From the NCBI GenBank assembly GCA_020137815.1, contig CM035359.1:7874001-7938000 (forward strand): DNA of 64,000 nucleotides, given 5' to 3'. The notes beneath the pieces were generated by a model. The model made no database searches. It was not told where the DNA came from and was given only the letters and a program-made list of their open reading frames with translations. The DNA is from Hormiphora californensis (taxonomy: Eukaryota > Animalia > Ctenophora). A program made the position numbers and the translations under genes. Of this stretch, positions 39,812-52,000 are shown piece after piece. Every line of letters starts with the position of its first letter. Within the stretch, counting starts at the first letter, position 1.

Positions 39812-40813
39812 ACGTGCAGTATCCCCTCCAATACCCCTCCCAAGCCACCTCCTTGGCAACCCCCCACCATTTGCACGTGTGGATACTACATCACTACGAC
39901 GTTCATTTGTACTTTATAATATAGACATTAGACTAGAGAGCCCGTGCAAAGACCAAAAAACTCCTCTCACACTCTATTGACTCTTCTCAACACCTCCCAC
40001 CCCTCCCTGCACCCTGATCCCATTGATACCCTAGCAAAAGTAAAGCTCTATGGCTTATTGACTCTCATCACCCCCTAATGACTCTCCTCGCCCCCTATTG
40101 ACTCCTGTCGCCCCCACATTATTGAATCCTCATTCCTCACTCCCCCCCCGGCTCTTTTGACTCCCCTCACCCCCATAGAATCATTACCCCCCTATTAACT
40201 ACCCAGTACCCACCCGCTATTGAATCCTTACCCCCCCCTGTTGAATCCTCCGCCCCCTACTGACTCCTATCGGCACGCATTATTGAATCCTCTCTCACTC
40301 CATCTCTTCATCATGTCGATGTCGGGGTTGGTAGAGTGGTATAAGGGATGGTGATGAACATCAAGGGTGATCAGAAGAGGGCCGCTTGAAACGTGTCGAA
40401 TTAGGTGATGAACATCCGTAGAATTGTAGCTGTGTAGAGTAATTATCGGGGGTACGTAGGTAGTAAAGCTTTGGCAATCATTGGGGCAGCAGTAGTAGAT
40501 GGCAAAACACCACAAAACACCGCAGGAACACGCTACATAACATCCAACAACATGCACGTGCAGTATTCACACCCTTGCCCACCCACCATAACAACCCTTT
40601 GATTCGCACGGGCAAATGGAGCAAATTGTTGCACGCTAGTGTTGCACGCTTCTTAGACGACGTTCATCTCCAACTTATAATAGAGACTAGAAAGCCCATT
40701 GAAGTCCTAAAACAGCCCCCCCCCACCCGTCTCTAATCTCTATGCCCCCCTCTCACTCTTTGTCTCCATGTCGGGGTAAAGAATACGGAGGTTGGTAGTG
40801 GTAGAGCGCTGGT

Positions 40814-41253
40814 TGGTGTAAACAAGGGATTGGGCCTGGGGGGAATACCGGGTGACCGGGACGCGAGTGTAGGGGGGCGACTCACCGGGTTGGTTTCGTG
40901 GCGAGCACCGGGGCGTCCAAGGCGTTGGGTGACACAGATACTAGTAGTGAGACAATCAGATAACGGGCCGAGTGTCTGTGGGTGGAAGATTCCTGAAAGG
41001 ATGGCGTGAGTCCTCAGTCCTGTCTGAACCTATGGGGACCTGAGATGCCAAGGGAAAAGTTATGTTGGAGAAGTGGCAATCTCAAGTCCTTCCAGGAGCA
41101 CGAGCATCCCAACCGCTCAGCTCGGCTCGCCAAAGCAAGCCGAGCCGCGTGGCCTGAATGCGCGGCACCCAGAATGCATCGCAGTGTGGCAATCTCCGCG
41201 CGCTACGTAGAAAGGGAGAAAAAAGCGGGGGATTGCCACGCCGCGATACACCA
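40814..41253. mobile_element. Probable solo LTR (440 bp)
   Basis: TGGTGTA...TACACCA with 4-bp TSD TGGT. The sister Helitron unit at ~41700 lacks it. Confidence 0.7.
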
Positions 41254-42351
41254 TGGTGATAAAAATCAAGGGAAATCCCGCTGAATAACATGTAGAATCA
41301 GGTGATAAAGATCCGTAGAATTGTAGCTGTGTAGAGAATCAACGGGGTACGTAGGTAGAAAGGCTTTGGCAATCATGGCGGCCCCAGCAGTAGATCCCAA
41401 AACACCACAGGAACAACACAGGAACACGCAACAAACAACCAATAACATGCACGTGCAGTATCCCCCCACAATCTCCAATACCCCTCCCAAGTCACCTCCT
41501 TGGCAACCCCCCACCATTTGCACGTGGGATACTACATCATCCTCACCACGCCACTCATTTGCAAATTATAATAAGGACTAGAAAGCCCATTGAAGTCCTA
41601 CGATAGCACCCCCACCCGTCCCCATGTTTCTCTCTCCCTCTCACTCTTCGTCTCTCCATGTCGGGGTAAAGAATACGGAGGTTGGTAGTGGTAGAGCGCC
41701 GGTGATAAACATCAAGGGAAATCCCGCTGAATAACATGTAGAATTAGGTGATAAAGATCCGTAGAATTGTAGACATGTGTAGAGAATCAACGGGGTACGT
41801 AGGTAGAAAGGCTTTGGCAATCATGGAGGTCCCAGCAGTAGATCCCAAAGCACCACAGGAACAACACACAGGAACACGCAACAAACAAACAATAACATGC
41901 ACGTGCAGTATCCCCCCACAATCTCCAATACCCCTCCCAGAGCACCTCCTTGGCAACCCCCCTATATTTGCACGTGATGATACTACATCATCCTCACCAC
42001 GCCACTCATTTGTACTTTATAATATAGACTAGAGAGCCCAGGCAAAAGACCCAAAACTCCTCTCGCCCCCTACTGAATCCTCCCACCCCTATCGAATCCT
42101 CTCAATATCTATTGACTGCTCTCGTCCCATATTATTCAGCACCCTCCCTCCCCCGCCCCCGGGCTATGTTGACCAACTCACCCCATAATCCCCTTACAGC
42201 CAGTTGGAGTCCTACAACAACCCCCCCCCCCCCCCGGTCTCTATGTCTCTCTCTCCCCCTCTCCGTCTCCGTCTCTTTCCCTGTCCCCTCTCCAATGGAT
42301 AGTCTCCATCTATCCCCTTCTCTCTTTATCCCTCTAACCCCATCATTCCCT

Positions 42352-42481
<130 letters not shown>

Positions 42482-42841
42482 CCCCTCATATCTGGCTGGT
42501 GAATATAATGGAAGCTGGAATCAGGTGATAAAGATCCGTAGAACTGGAGCTGTGTAGAGTTATTAAAGCTGGGATACGTTGGTAGAAAAGCTGTGGCATT
42601 CATCGGGGCCGCAGCAGCCAAGCACCACAAAAAACCACAGGAACACGCAATACAACACCCAACAACATGCACGTGCAGTATTAACACTCTTGCCCACCAT
42701 CATGGCAACTCCCCAAACCCCACCAAACACCCCTAACAACACGTCAATTTTCCACGTGCAAGCCCTAAAACCCCCTCCCCCAAATTTTGTCTTGCAACCA
42801 TCTCTGCTTTATAATATAGATAACCCTAACATTCTTCATAG

Positions 42842-42890
42842 CACTGATGAGCGGAATGTTACATTCTGTGAAACATATGTTTGTAGTTAG
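42842..42890 (+). CDS. Candidate terminal coding exon 5, ended by a TE-supplied stop
   Basis: ctaac branch point and ttcttcatAG acceptor. Phase 2 gives STDERNVTFCETYVCS*. The TAG lies inside the element starting at 42884. Confidence 0.5.
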
Positions 42891-45181
42891 GGGCAGTAGT
42901 CGAGTGACTGGGAAAAAATTTGTGACAAGCTGATTTCTTCACAAACGTGTCCCAATGGGTCCCCTCTAGCCCTCCTGAGTTTTTTCAAACTCGGGATGGG
43001 GTGCAACATGTTCATTTCCGGGTTTACTTTTTACCTGTATTTCTAGTCTGACGCCAAAAGCGTAACTACCCTTAGGAAAGGAGTAGAGACAAAATCGAGG
43101 GCACTAAAGTGATCAGCGTCCTCGCATTAGTGGGGGTAGGTGCCGGAATTAAGTCTCTATCTCATCTGGTTAATTAGATAATTGGATAATTAGGTTTGCG
43201 CACAACCGTTTGTTGGCTATATGGCTATAGCCACTTAGGAAAGGAGTAGAGACAAAACTGAGGGCACTAACATGATCAGCGTCCTCGAATTAGTGGGGGT
43301 AGGTGCTGAAATTAAGTCTCTATCTCATCTGGTTAATTAGATAATTGGATAATTATGTTTGAGCATAACCGTTTTTTGGCTAATATGGCTATAGCCACTT
43401 AGGAAGGGTTTAGAGACTTTTCATTGGAGCCATCTTGTTCAGAAAAAAATTTTAATCTAAAAGTTGTGGAAAAATTTAGGGCCTATCTCTTACCGTTTTG
43501 GCGTTATAAGCGGTCAAAGTAGGCCAATTAACTCATTTTTTGGCATTTTCGACTAATTTCCCCCATAGAAATTTCGCGCGGAGGAACATGCATCCTCCAG
43601 CCTTTTCGTCACCCGAATGAAGGTGATTATCCAAGAAGAAACTAGCTAAAGTCCTGGAGAAAACAGGCATTAGTGCAGTCATTGTCTACTGCCGCGTTCC
43701 CCCTTTCAACTTTGTCTGGTGTATCTCAAAAAATATTTAACTTACAGACTCCCAAAAAACGGGAGGTAACATAATATTGTAGAAAATATAATACTATCTG
43801 GGTTTTATTTAGATTAATGCACAGATACATAGCTATAGTTAGTGACACTTGGTGTCATAATTTTCTCCCATTGTTGTAGGTATTCACTTGACAGCTACCC
43901 CCTCTTTCTCTCCCATTCTCGCCCCTCTCCAGTCAGACAGTGTTGACAGGGGGAACGCGGCAGTAGACAATGACTGCACGAATGCCTGTTTTCTCCAGGA
44001 CTTTAGCTAGTTTCTTCTTGGATAATCACCTTCATTCGGGTGACGAAAAGGCTGGAGGATGCAGGTTCCTCCGCGCGAAATTCCTATGGGGGTTGGCATA
44101 CTTTGACCGCTTATAACGCCAAAACGGTAAGAGATAGGCCCTAAATTTTTCCACAACTTTTAAATTAAAATTTTTTTCTGAACAAGATGGCACCAAGGAA
44201 AAGTCTCTAAACCCTTCCTAAGTGGCTATAGCCATATTAGCCAAAAAACGGTTATGCTCAAACATAATTATCCAATTATCTAATTAACCAGATAAGATAG
44301 AGACTTAATTTCAGCACCTACCCCCACTAATTCGAGGACGCTGATCATGTTAGTGCCCTCAGTTTTGTCTCTACTCCTTTCCTAAGTGGCTATAGCCATA
44401 TAGCCAACAAACGGTTGTGCGCAAACCTAATTATCCAATTATCTAATTAACCAGATGAGATAGAGACTTAAAGTCCGTTTCAAGCGACTTGAGCTCACGC
44501 GCAAAAACAAACGCTGCGCGCACGCGCGCGACGCAATTTCAGAGCGAAAAAACGTCCATAGCCGAGCTGAACCAGAAAATTTTCATTTCCACTGCGGTGG
44601 ATTTTGAGAGGTTTGATCCGGACGCTCTTCGCAATTTTTTTGCGATTTCGGTGTTTTTCTTTATATTTTGTTTTTTTCGTGCCGTATTTGATTCCAAACT
44701 TATGCAATCATCTTTTACTGTAATTTGACTACTTTTCCGATGATTTTGTTGCACGACGATTTTTGATTAGCCTTCGCCAAATACTTGGATGAACAACTTG
44801 TGAAAGTTCACTACGTTTTTGCTTGTTGTTTTGTATGCAGTGCTCTCAGTAGGTCATATCTTTGATTCTTCTATTGTTTACAGTCTTATTCAAACGCCTA
44901 ACATCACCTAAATTTTGGAACACTGCTGTTGGCAAGATTATTTTATGAAACTTCATATTTGGACTATTCTGTGCCTTGTTTTGTTCAAACAAGGCAATCT
45001 GTGCCCTCAAGGCAATCTGTGCCCTCATTCCAGAGGGGAGTCTGTTAGGCGTTGTGGGCTTACATGTGTATTGTGTCTGCTACTTCTAGTTGTGACTGTC
45101 TGGATGGGTGGTTCTGAGAGTAATAGCATGATATATTTCTACCAAGTTTTAACCTTTATCTCTCCTGCTAGATCGTTTCAG

Positions 45182-48100
45182 AAGAGGTTCCAGAATCCAG
45201 TTGAGCACGCTGCACGAGGCAGTTATTGAGATGTACGGTAACCAACAATCTACTGAACTACCCTTGCTGTTCGAAACGGTACGTGAATCAGACATCCAGC
45301 GTTCCTTTAAATCCGGTTTTCATAACTTGCTCTCATCTGGTTGAGGAAGATTTTTAAAGGGTACCTAGTCCCCTGGCAATTCATCAAGTCTCTCCCCCAA
45401 ATACAGGTACAGTTGAGATGCACGATAAAGAGATGACTCCGATATTGAGGGAGCTGGGAGACTCGGCTAATGCTGGGGATACACAGATTAGTGTAGATCG
45501 AAAAACCAACTGAACCAAGGTATAGACAGCTCTTACATTTATCCCGCTATTCACCAGACAATATTGAATATTCCTTGCTGGAACCTTCCTAGCTAGAACC
45601 TTCTTACTATAGTATATACCCTGCTAACTTAAATAACCCGCCAGTGGCGAGAAGTCCCACTGGCGCGCTCTCAATATACAGCCAGTCCAGCGGCAGATTA
45701 TTTCCCACTGGCTGGCTGTTTATTATTAACTCCTATGTTACATTCAAAGTGTGTGTAAATGATCAGTTCTTACTGAAATACAGAGGGAACACTGTTTGCA
45801 AGAGTTACACACTGCATTGGAGAGAAAGAAACAACACATTCCGTCAATTTCTCTCTCTTTATCTCCCCTTTTGTTTCACTATCTCAATTCCTCTGTGTTA
45901 TGTCTGGCATGCCCCATATCTTGTTATTTCTTTCTCTCTCTCCTTAGTAACTGTTACCAAACAATATACACTCAATTGAGAGATGTTTTTGACTGTTTCT
46001 CAGTTCTCTTTGTGTGTTTTGATTAGTGTTTTCTCTCTTGTTAGTGTGTAATACTTGAAACAAACAACTAAAGCAGGGTATATAACCCATAAACTCTGAC
46101 CAATGGCACGTTATTGGTTTAAACCCCTCCGCCTCTCCCTCGGCTCCGCCTCGGGATCGTCGTCGTGATTTAAACCAGTTTATCCGCCACTGGCGGATAA
46201 ACTACAGCTACCTTCTCCCAGCGGCGCGCTGGGAGAAAGGTATCTGAAATAACGTGCCAGTGGCCAGAGTTTATGCCTCATATATATTCCCCATCCACTC
46301 TCAACTCTGTTCATGTATCTTTTTCTTAAATTTATTCTCAATTATCTCTTTCTCAACCACTGCCTCTGTCTAAACCACTCTATCTCTCTCCGCTCTCGAT
46401 TTAGCCACCCCCATTATTTCCAGGTGGATGACCATGTTGCCATCTCTTCCTCCTCGTTCTCTCCGAAAAAAAAACGAGGACTTCTACATTACCGCCGTGA
46501 GCACAGTTACAACAGTGCAACCAACAAGACTCCAATAACTCTACACACAGCTTAGCTCTGCAGTTCAAGCATTAGTCCTACCCAGAACATTCGGGGTCAT
46601 TCTATCCGTACATTTGTAAGTTAAGGAGGAGTAATCATAATGCATGAGTTGCTGGACTGTTGGAATCACATCTTTTGCGGAATTATAGCTCCCTGGAATC
46701 TTTCCAAACCCCCAAACCAATTTCTAATTTCCCCCTCTTCCCTAGATTGGCTACCTGACCCATAATGTCAAAATTATTGATAATTTGAATACGGAACATC
46801 TAGATTTTACAATGGTCTCAGATCGTGTTCCACGCTGCTGCCATTTACACCAGGGCTGTAACAGTACGGTGTGGATAATCTACTGGTCCAGGGTAACGTG
46901 GCCTACCATAACATGGTCATTGGGTCATACATTATTTCTGGAGTATGGGGAGAGGAACGCGATATATTTAATGGGGACCAGGCTATCTTTACAATGAGTA
47001 GTTCTTCTCTATTGATACCAGGTAAGTGGCTGTATTAGCAATAAATTGATGTTGATAATTATTATTAGGCACGAAAGTCATGGCCATGCATGAGTTATAC
47101 ACAAATATGACCCACCCAGGCACTGTTAGAGAAGCCCGAACACTAACAAAACCACTAACAAAAGCACTGACAAAAGCACTAACAAATTCTAATAGGGGAT
47201 GGATAGTATGTGATCCGATTCTGGGACGCCTTATTGGCAGTGGGAGACAATACGGGATATGAACCATGTGATTCGGGGAAGCTTATTAGCAGCAGGAGAC
47301 GATACGAGATACATGGAACATGATTCGGGGAAGCCAATCAGGAGTGTTAGATATGAGACACGATTCGGGGAAGGTTTCTATCGCTTTCCGTCCCTATGAC
47401 CCTATCCTATCCCTCTCTCTGTGTCGCTCTGTCTCTCTGTCACTTTCTCTGAGGGAGAAAGAGAAATATGAAGAAATAGAGATACCCATAACCGAGACAG
47501 AAAGACAGTTCAGCTCCGTGGAAATGAGTTTTGCCGCTTTCCCAGCAGGTAGATGTAGGCGGCTCTCAGGTTGAAGGTTGACGGTCTATAGTTAGAGAAA
47601 CCGGGTTGGAGGACGGAGGGAGGTGGCGGCATTGAAGGACTAGTGGTCAGTGAGGTCAAGAAGATATTCATTTCGCATGGCTAAACAGTGTCTTTTCTTT
47701 CCCTCGGTAAAAAGTTTAGGGTATCTCTCTTTCTCCATGTCTCTTTTTCCCCTCGGATAAAGTGAAAGAGAGAAAGAAAGAAAGAAAGAACGACACTGAG
47801 AGGGGATAGGGACGGAAAGCAATAGGAACCTTCCCCGAATCGTGTCTCATATCGTCTAACACTCCTGATTGGCTTCCCCGAATCATGTTCCATATCTCGT
47901 ATCGTCTCCTACTGCTAATAAGCTTCCCCAAATCACATGGTTCGTATCCCGTATTGTCTCCAACTGCTAATAAGGCGTCCCAGAATCGGATCACATATAT
48001 CTATCCCCCTCAGTTTGTTAGTGCCTTTGTTAGTGGTTTTGTTAGTACATACTTTTGTTAGTGGTTTTGTAGGGCTTTTGTTAGTACATACTTTTGTTAG

Positions 48101-48927
48101 TGCTTTTGTCAGTGCTTTTGTTAGTGGTTTTGTTAGTGATCGGGCTTCTCTAACAGTGCCCCCACCCAATTCTATCCATCTCCTTCTAATTTCCTCTTGC
48201 TATCTCAGCATCATTCAGGATAGCGAACCCCAAAAGACCTTCACTAAATATGTGACCGCTGGATCCACCCACATTGGGTTCTAGTTAAATATACCCTAGA
48301 ACCCTGAGCTGGTGGCCCATCTCCTACTACCACGGCGTGTTCAAGAACAACTCGAGGCTCATTCCTGTGGACGATAGTATCGTCACGAGACGGTGAGAAG
48401 ATAGAAGATTAGGGATTCACTTTTAAATTGTTAGAATCAGATACAGAATCGTGGAATCTACATTTAATATATTTCAACAAGAACAGGGTGAAATGTGTTT
48501 AAATTAACACAATGACACCTCCACTATATTAGTGCACTACTAGTTACTACTTGCAGGTATCTGGGTGTGGGAAGCTGGGGTGCTACCGGTAACAACATGA
48601 CAACAATGTATGATTTCCATGGATCGCACAACCTCAGGGGTTTGAGGTCGAGGGTGGTAAGTACATAGTAACAACACCGATCTATTCATGTTGACACACC
48701 TTAAAATCTCTTTTCTTATCCCCTTCTTACTTACCCCCTTCTTATTCCGCCTAACCCCATGCTCATTTCAGATTTACAAATCTGTTGTGTTTTCTAAAAC
48801 AGCCTCCTGTGGTGGCCTCTCTTTGGGGCCTTCTCTTTGGGGCCTTCTCTTGTCGGTGTTCTTTCTAGATGTTCATTTACTGTCGATAATGAGGAGTTCC
48901 ATGAATTCACATCCTGCCCCGTTTTGA
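45182..48927 (+). pseudogene. Chain of exon-like segments (cargo) with disrupted upstream frames
   Basis: AG/GT-bounded blocks at 45182-45278, 46424-46615, 46746-47021, 48209-48392, 48557-48656 and 48772-48927. The last three are phase-consistent and end in a hydrophobic tail. In-frame stops occur in the middle blocks. Confidence 0.45.
47119..48160. mobile_element. Merlin-type foldback MITE
   Basis: 8-bp TSD CCCACCCA and TIR GGCACTGTTAGAGAAGCCCGA. Confidence 0.88.
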
Positions 48928-49092
48928 GGGGCGAGTAGGATATTCAATTCTAAAATAAGAGGTAAGCAGATGTATGTACATTATAAGTACAATGTATAAT
49001 ACAGAGTATATTGCAGCAGATGTGTGTTTCTCATTTTAATCTCGAATTATATTAAATCTGGCACTCCCTTTGGTTACGAAATCACCCCTATT

Positions 49093-52000
49093 CTTCTTCT
49101 TCTTCTTCTTCGTAGAGGCTGTCTCAGCCCCGTGAGGGGCTGAGATGAAGGGATGTAGCACAATGGTTACGTTCCCCAGCCTTGAGGTACCCCGACCAGA
49201 AATTCTAGATTCCTGGGGTGTACTTCTTGGAGTCGTGGTGTTTTCTACCTAGAGGACGGGTGAGGGTCCTCGGGGTGTAGTAGTTTCTCCGCCCTTCGGT
49301 AAAACGTGACGGTTTTTTGGAAGGGCAGGTGGTGTCTTATGTCGTCCAAAGTCACGCACAGCTTATCGAATACTTCTTGTCGAAGTTTCCACAGTAGTGG
49401 GCATTCTGTGAGTACGTGTTTGACAGTTTCGTCCTCCATCCCACACAGGTTGCAGGTTGTGGTTTTGACTTTTTTCAGTTTTTTCATATGGTAGTTTAGA
49501 TTGCCATGTCCCGTGAGAAGGTGCGTGGCAGCTCTTAGATTACTTCTAGTCATGTTTTTCAGAGATTTCCCAAATCGGTCAGCCCATATCATATCCATGT
49601 GGTTTGATATTTTCCTGTTACCGGTTTTAATCTTGTTCCTTAGGGCTGCGTATGCTGCAGCTTTGGGGATTGGGATTAGGGTTTCTTCTGAAGTATTTTG
49701 AGCACCCTTTTTGGCCAGAGCGTCAGCAAGTTCGTTCCCGTGATGCCCTTGGTGGGCTGGGATCCATCTTACTGTGACGTTGTTCCAAATTGATAGGGTG
49801 TTGAGGTTTGATATTGTTTTCAGAGTGGTTTTTGACCTGGACGTGGTGGTGTCTAGGCTTTTTATGGTACCCTGGCTGTCGCAGTTTATTAGGACCCGCT
49901 CATTTGCAGTTCCACTGTCCAGCAGGGTTTGTGTTGCTTGTTGTATGGCAAACATTTCTGAGGCTGGCACTGATATGTGCGGGCCTAGGTTAAATGACTT
50001 TTGGGTTGTTTCTTCTCCATCTTTCCAGATGGTGAGTCCAGCTCCCGCATTGTCGTTTATTTTAGATCCATCCGTGTATATAACAGTGGTAAACTCACTT
50101 TCCACCTCCTTGTAACTCCCCCTGTCCGGGATCTCCGTTAGGAAATCCCTGTCTAGGGAAAGCACAGGGGTGGTTAGATCGTGTGTCCACTCAGACGGTA
50201 AGGTTCTTAGTGTTTTGTTCACAGTGTTGGCGTGGGATGTGAACTTCTTGGGGTTTTTCAGGTCTGATTTTACTGGGCCTTCCCACTGCCCAGTGGCCAT
50301 CAGAGTGTATGCTGTTTTCACCGCACAGAATCTAAGATGTTCTGTTATTGGTGTCGTGTTTGTAATCTTGTCCAATGCTGACGCTGGGGTCGTGGGGAGG
50401 GCCCCCGTAACCATCTTAAGCGCCATTCTTTGGAGTTTGATCATATTGTCTTGGTTGGTTTTTGTAAGCATGGCGTTTGCCCATACCATTGCTCCATAGG
50501 AAAGAGCTGGTCGGACTATTGTTGTGTATATCCAGGATGCGGTCTTTGGGTTAAGTCCCCACGTGGGGCCTACAACTCTTCTACACTGCATTAGGATGTT
50601 TTTGCATTTCTTTATTTGTTTCACTATGTGCTCGTTCCAATTCAACTTGCTGTCTAGGGTAAGACCAAGGAATTTGGTGGAGCTCACGGTGTTTATGGAG
50701 TTTCCCCCGATTTTGATCGGGTCATTGATTTTAACGTTTTGCCGATGGGTGAAGATAACAATATGGGACTTTAGAGCACTAAGCTTAAGTCCCACTGTCT
50801 TGCACCACTTATTGATTGCCGTCAAGCCCTTTTGAGTAGCGTCCCTTAGTGGAAGAATATCCACCGAGGGGCCTGCCTTGGAGGGGGGCATTGTTGTTGT
50901 TACCAGGAGACTTAGGTCATCGGCGAATCCCTGTAGGTCACCTGGTATTTCCTTTTTACTGTGGTTGAGAAGATCATCCATGACTAGGTTCCATAAGAAT
51001 GGAGAGAGTATGCCGCCTTGGGGGCACCCTCTCGTTACCATGATCGTTAATGATTCTCCCAGCAGTTTTGTTGTTACCTTTCGGTTGGTGATTGTGAACA
51101 TTATCCAGTCAACTGTCCGTTTATCACGGAGTTTGGCGTGGAGTGCTCTTTCGATAGCTTTAAAGGCAACGTTGTCGAACGCTCCCTCGATGTCGAGGAA
51201 AGTGCCCAACGCTATGCCTTGGTTCATTAGGGTCTTCTCAATTTTCCTTACTACTTTGTGGAGGGCTGTCTCGGTAGAGACCCCCCTCTTAAAGCCGTAT
51301 TGGGATTTATTGAGTTTTTTGTGGACTTTTTGATCCGCTTCGATGTGCCATAGCACCAACCTTTCAGCAAGTTTCTGGAGGTTGGATGCCAGGGTTATCG
51401 TTCGGAATGATTTTGGCTGGCGGTAATCTCCTTTCCCTGGTTTGGGTAGGTAGATTGCTTCCGCTTCCTGCCATAGTGTTGGAGTTTTTCCTAGTTCATA
51501 AGATGCTGTTACGATTTTTGCGAAGTATTTCGCAAAAGTATCGGCTATTTTCTGCATCATTATTGGCCTTATGCTATCCGGGCCCGCTGCAGTTAGGGGC
51601 CTGAATTCGCGTAGGGCTTTAATGATGCGTGTTGTTGAGAATGTTCTTTCATTAGACCATTTCCCGCGACCGATCTTATCATAGTCTTGGGTTGATGGTC
51701 TTGTGATGTTGTGGTCTCCAAAGTGGACGTCTGCCATTGCTAGCAATGTTTCCTTCGGAGAGCTTGTTATGTTGCCGTTTTTGTCGTTTACACAGTTCAG
51801 TTTACAACCTTCACTGGTTTTAATGACATGGCTTATTTTTTGTGCATCAGAGAAGGCGTCGAGTTCTTCCGTCCATGCTTTCCAGCATTTTCTCTTGGAA
51901 TATACTCGTATCTTGCTGTGGCTGTTTCTAGCAGCTCTGGCAAGGGCCCAGTCTTTTTGCATTTTGGTGTCTTGAGCTATCTCTAGTTTATCTAGCATTT

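Noticed and set aside
45613-46285. Crypton-like short palindromic pieces (TATATACCCTGCT ends, cggctccgcctcgg)
   Set aside because: The inverted repeats are real, but boundaries and class could not be supported.
46424-48392. Stop-codon readthrough or recoding in the cargo exons
   Set aside because: Stops are of all three types and too frequent. Decay or frameshift is the simpler explanation.
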